Shown: in pieces, positions 61,396-64,000 of the stretch
Layout of the letters: each line of letters begins with the position of its first letter
Position numbering within the stretch: the stretch's first letter is position 1
Assembly: GCA_002189035.1 (NCBI GenBank)
Contig: NEEC01000011.1
Coordinates: 3,348,001 to 3,412,000, forward strand
Direction: 5' to 3'
From: Utricularia gibba
Taxonomy: Eukaryota; Plantae; Magnoliophyta
DNA length: 64,000 nt
Notes under the pieces: generated by a model
What the model saw: only the letters and a program-made list of their open reading frames with translations
Databases searched by the model: none
What the model was told of the DNA's origin: nothing
Position numbers and translations under genes: made by a program

Positions 61396-64000
61396 GAGCT
61401 CGAATATTTCCTTATATTAGCCTTCAATTGTGCCACAAAGTGGCCACGACGTTCGCGATGATGCGACTCGGGCTTCCAATTCGACGCAAATGTGATTTCT
61501 CGCTTGCAAAACATATGCATTTCATTGGAAGGTGTGAAATTTTCGTTTTAGAGGCGATCCCTTACAATGCCACGGTGTGTTCCAACCCACACCTGATGCA
61601 GGCCTCGTGCACCATTCCGTATTTTGTAAATATCTTGAAAACCGTGATGAGCCTTGTTGCACACGACACACCGTTTCGAAGCTCATTCCAGGCGGTCATC
61701 TTCCGTTTTTGAAGCTTCGTCGTCCGACAATATATCAGAGCTCGAATTATTGCCTTATATTAGCCTTCAATTGTGCCACAAAGTGGCCACGACGTTCGCG
61801 ATGATGCGACTCGGGGCTTCCAATTCGACGCAAATGTGATTTCTCGCTTGCAAAACATATGCATTTCATTGGAAGGTGTGAAATTTTCGTTTTAGAGGCG
61901 ATCCCTTACAATGCACGGTGTGTTTCCAACCCACACCTGATGCAGGCCTCGTGCACCATTCCGTATTTTGTCGATATCTTAAAACCGTGATGAGCCGTTG
62001 CGCACGACACACCGTTTCGAAGCTCATTCCAGAGCGGTCATCTTCCGTTTTGAAGCTTCGTCGTCCGACGATGTATCAGAGCTCGAATTATTGCCTTATA
62101 TTAGCCTTCAATTGTGCCACAAAGTGGCCACGACGTTCGCGATGATGCGACTCGGGCTTCCAATTCGACGCAAATGGATTTCTCGCTTGCAAAACATATG
62201 CATTTCATTGGAAGGTGTGAAATTTTTCGTTTTTGAGGCGATCCCTTACAATGCCACGGTTGTGTTCCAACCCACACCTGATGAAGGCCTCGTGCACCAT
62301 TCCGTATTTTTCGATATCTTGAAACCGTGATGAGCCACGTTGCGCACGACACACCGTTTCGAAGCTCATTCCAGGCGGTCATCTTCCGTTTTTGAAGCTT
62401 CGTCGTCCGACAATATATCAGAGCTCGAATTATTGCCTTATATTACCCTTCAATTGTGCCACAAAGTGGCCACGACGTTCGCGATGATGCGACTCGGGCT
62501 TCCAATTCGACGCAAATGTGATTTCTCGCTTGCAAAACACATGCATTTCATTGGAAGGTGTGAAATTTTCGTTTTAGAGGCGATCCCTTACAATGCCACG
62601 GTGTGTTCCAACCCACACCTGATGCAGGCCTCGTGCACCATTCCGTATTTTGTAAATATCTTGAAAACCGTGATGAGCCTTGTTGCACACGACACACCGT
62701 TTCGAAGCTCATTCCAGGCGGTCATCTTCCGTTTTTGAAGCTTCGTCGTCCGACGAATATATCAGAGCTCGAATTATTGCCTTATATTAGCCTTCAATTG
62801 TGCCACAAAGTGGCCACGACGTTCGCGATGATGCGACTCGGGGCTTCCAATTCGACGCAAATGTGATTTCTCGCTTGCAAAACATATGCATTTCATTGGA
62901 AGGTGTGAAATTTTTTTTTTGAGGCGATCCCTTACAATGCCACGGTTGTGTTCCAACCCACACCTGATGAAGGCCTCGTGCACCATTCCGTATTTTTCGA
63001 TATCTTGAAAACCGTGATGAGCCACGTTGCGCACGACACACCGTTTCGAAGCTCATTCCAGGCGGTCATCTTCCGTTTTGAAGCTTCGTCGTCCGACGAT
63101 GTATCAGAGCTCGAATTATTGCCTTATATTAGCCTTCAATTGTGCCACAAAGTGGCCACGACGTTCGCGATGATGCGACTCGGGGCTTCCAATTCGACGC
63201 AAATGTGATTTCTCGCTTGCAAAACATATGCATTTCATTGGAAGGTGTGAAATTTTCGTTTTTGAGGCGATCCCTTACAATGCCACGGTTGTGTTCCAAC
63301 CCACACCTGATGAAGGCCTCGTGCACCATTCCGTATTTTCGATATCTTGAAAACCGTGATGAGCCACGTTGCGCACGACACACCGTTTCGAAGCTCATTC
63401 CAGGGCGGTCATCTTCCGTTTTTGAAGCTTCGTCGTCCGACAATATATCAGAGCTCGAATATTGCCTTATATTACCCTTCAATTGTGCCACAAAGTGGCC
63501 ACGACGTTCGCGATGATGCGACTCGGGCTTCCAATTCGACGCAAATGTGATTTCTCGCTTCAAAACATATGCATTTCATTGGAAGGTGTGAAATTTTCGT
63601 TTTAGAGGCGATCCCTTACAATGCCACGGTGTGTTCCAACCCACACCTGATGCAGGCCTCGTGCACCATTCCGTATTTTGATATCTTGAAAACCGTGATG
63701 AGCCACGTTGCACACGACACACCGTTTCGAAGCTCATTCCAGGCGGTCATCTTCCGTTTTTGAAGCTTCGTCGTCCGACAATATATCAGAGCTCGAAAAT
63801 TGCCTTATATTACCTTCAATTGTGCCACAAAGTGGCCACGACGTTCGCGATGATGCGACTCGGACTTCCATTCGACGCAAATGTGATTTCTCGCTTCAAA
63901 ACATATGCATTTCATTGGAAGGTGTGAAATTTTCGTTTTAGAGGCGATCCCTTACAATGCACGGTGTGTTCCAACCCACACCTGATGAGGCCTCGTGCAC
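61396..64000. repeat. Run of ~8 consecutive monomers with Z-type left halves and mixed P/R/Q right halves
   Basis: The Z-type (A)TTCGACGCAAATG segment occurs in each successive monomer (~61480, 61822, 62163, 62504, 62850, 63192, 63533, 63870). Right halves switch between GTAAATATC/CCTTGTTG and GATGAAGG states. Confidence 0.65.

Larger units (their letters stand above)
1..64000. repeat. Tandem satellite DNA array, ~340-346-bp monomer, ~185-190 head-to-tail copies, single orientation; family not identified
   Basis: The anchor GAGCTC/GAGATC-GAATTATTGCC recurs at 205, 547, 890, 1236, 1914, 2255, 2593, 2934, 3275 ... 63789 with ~334-347-bp spacing, shorter only in a few truncated copies. The same ordered motifs run to the last base. 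No non-repeat sequence was seen. Confidence 0.98.

Noticed and set aside
1-64000. CRISPR array or prokaryotic repeat system
   Set aside because: There are no unique spacers, the whole 346-bp unit is repeated, and no cas or other genes are present.

Overview
All 64 kb is a single head-to-tail tandem satellite array in one orientation: about 185-190 copies of a monomer of roughly 340-346 bp, ~47% GC. I found no genes, RNA genes, transposon insertions or unique sequence, and every ORF in the track is a translation of the repeat. I cannot assign the satellite to a named family or an organism. The information lies in the monomer variants, which I sort into four classes by linked diagnostic sites. 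P: CATTCAAGA, GGTATGAA, GCGAACCC, GTAAATATC, CCTTGTTG, CCAGAGCGG. Z: CGGGGCTTCCAATTCGACGCAAATGTGA, TTTATCGATATC. Q: TATTACCC, CTTTCAAAA, often GATGAAGG. R: TTTCGTTTTAGAGG, sometimes TCTTAAAACC. These classes are arranged non-randomly. There are Z-Q-R trimers in the left half, a P-free block at 25-30 kb, and P/Z alternation with a duplicated 7-monomer block at 42-52 kb. The window ends in a run of Z-left recombinant monomers at 61-64 kb. Deletions fall exactly on biallelic sites and several segments interleave two out-of-register monomers. This suggests that much of the window is a noisy or collapsed long-read consensus and that the true unit is ~346 bp. Variants are dominated by CG transitions, with some CHG transitions, which hints at a plant-type methylated heterochromatic satellite. 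All counts and alignments were done by eye.
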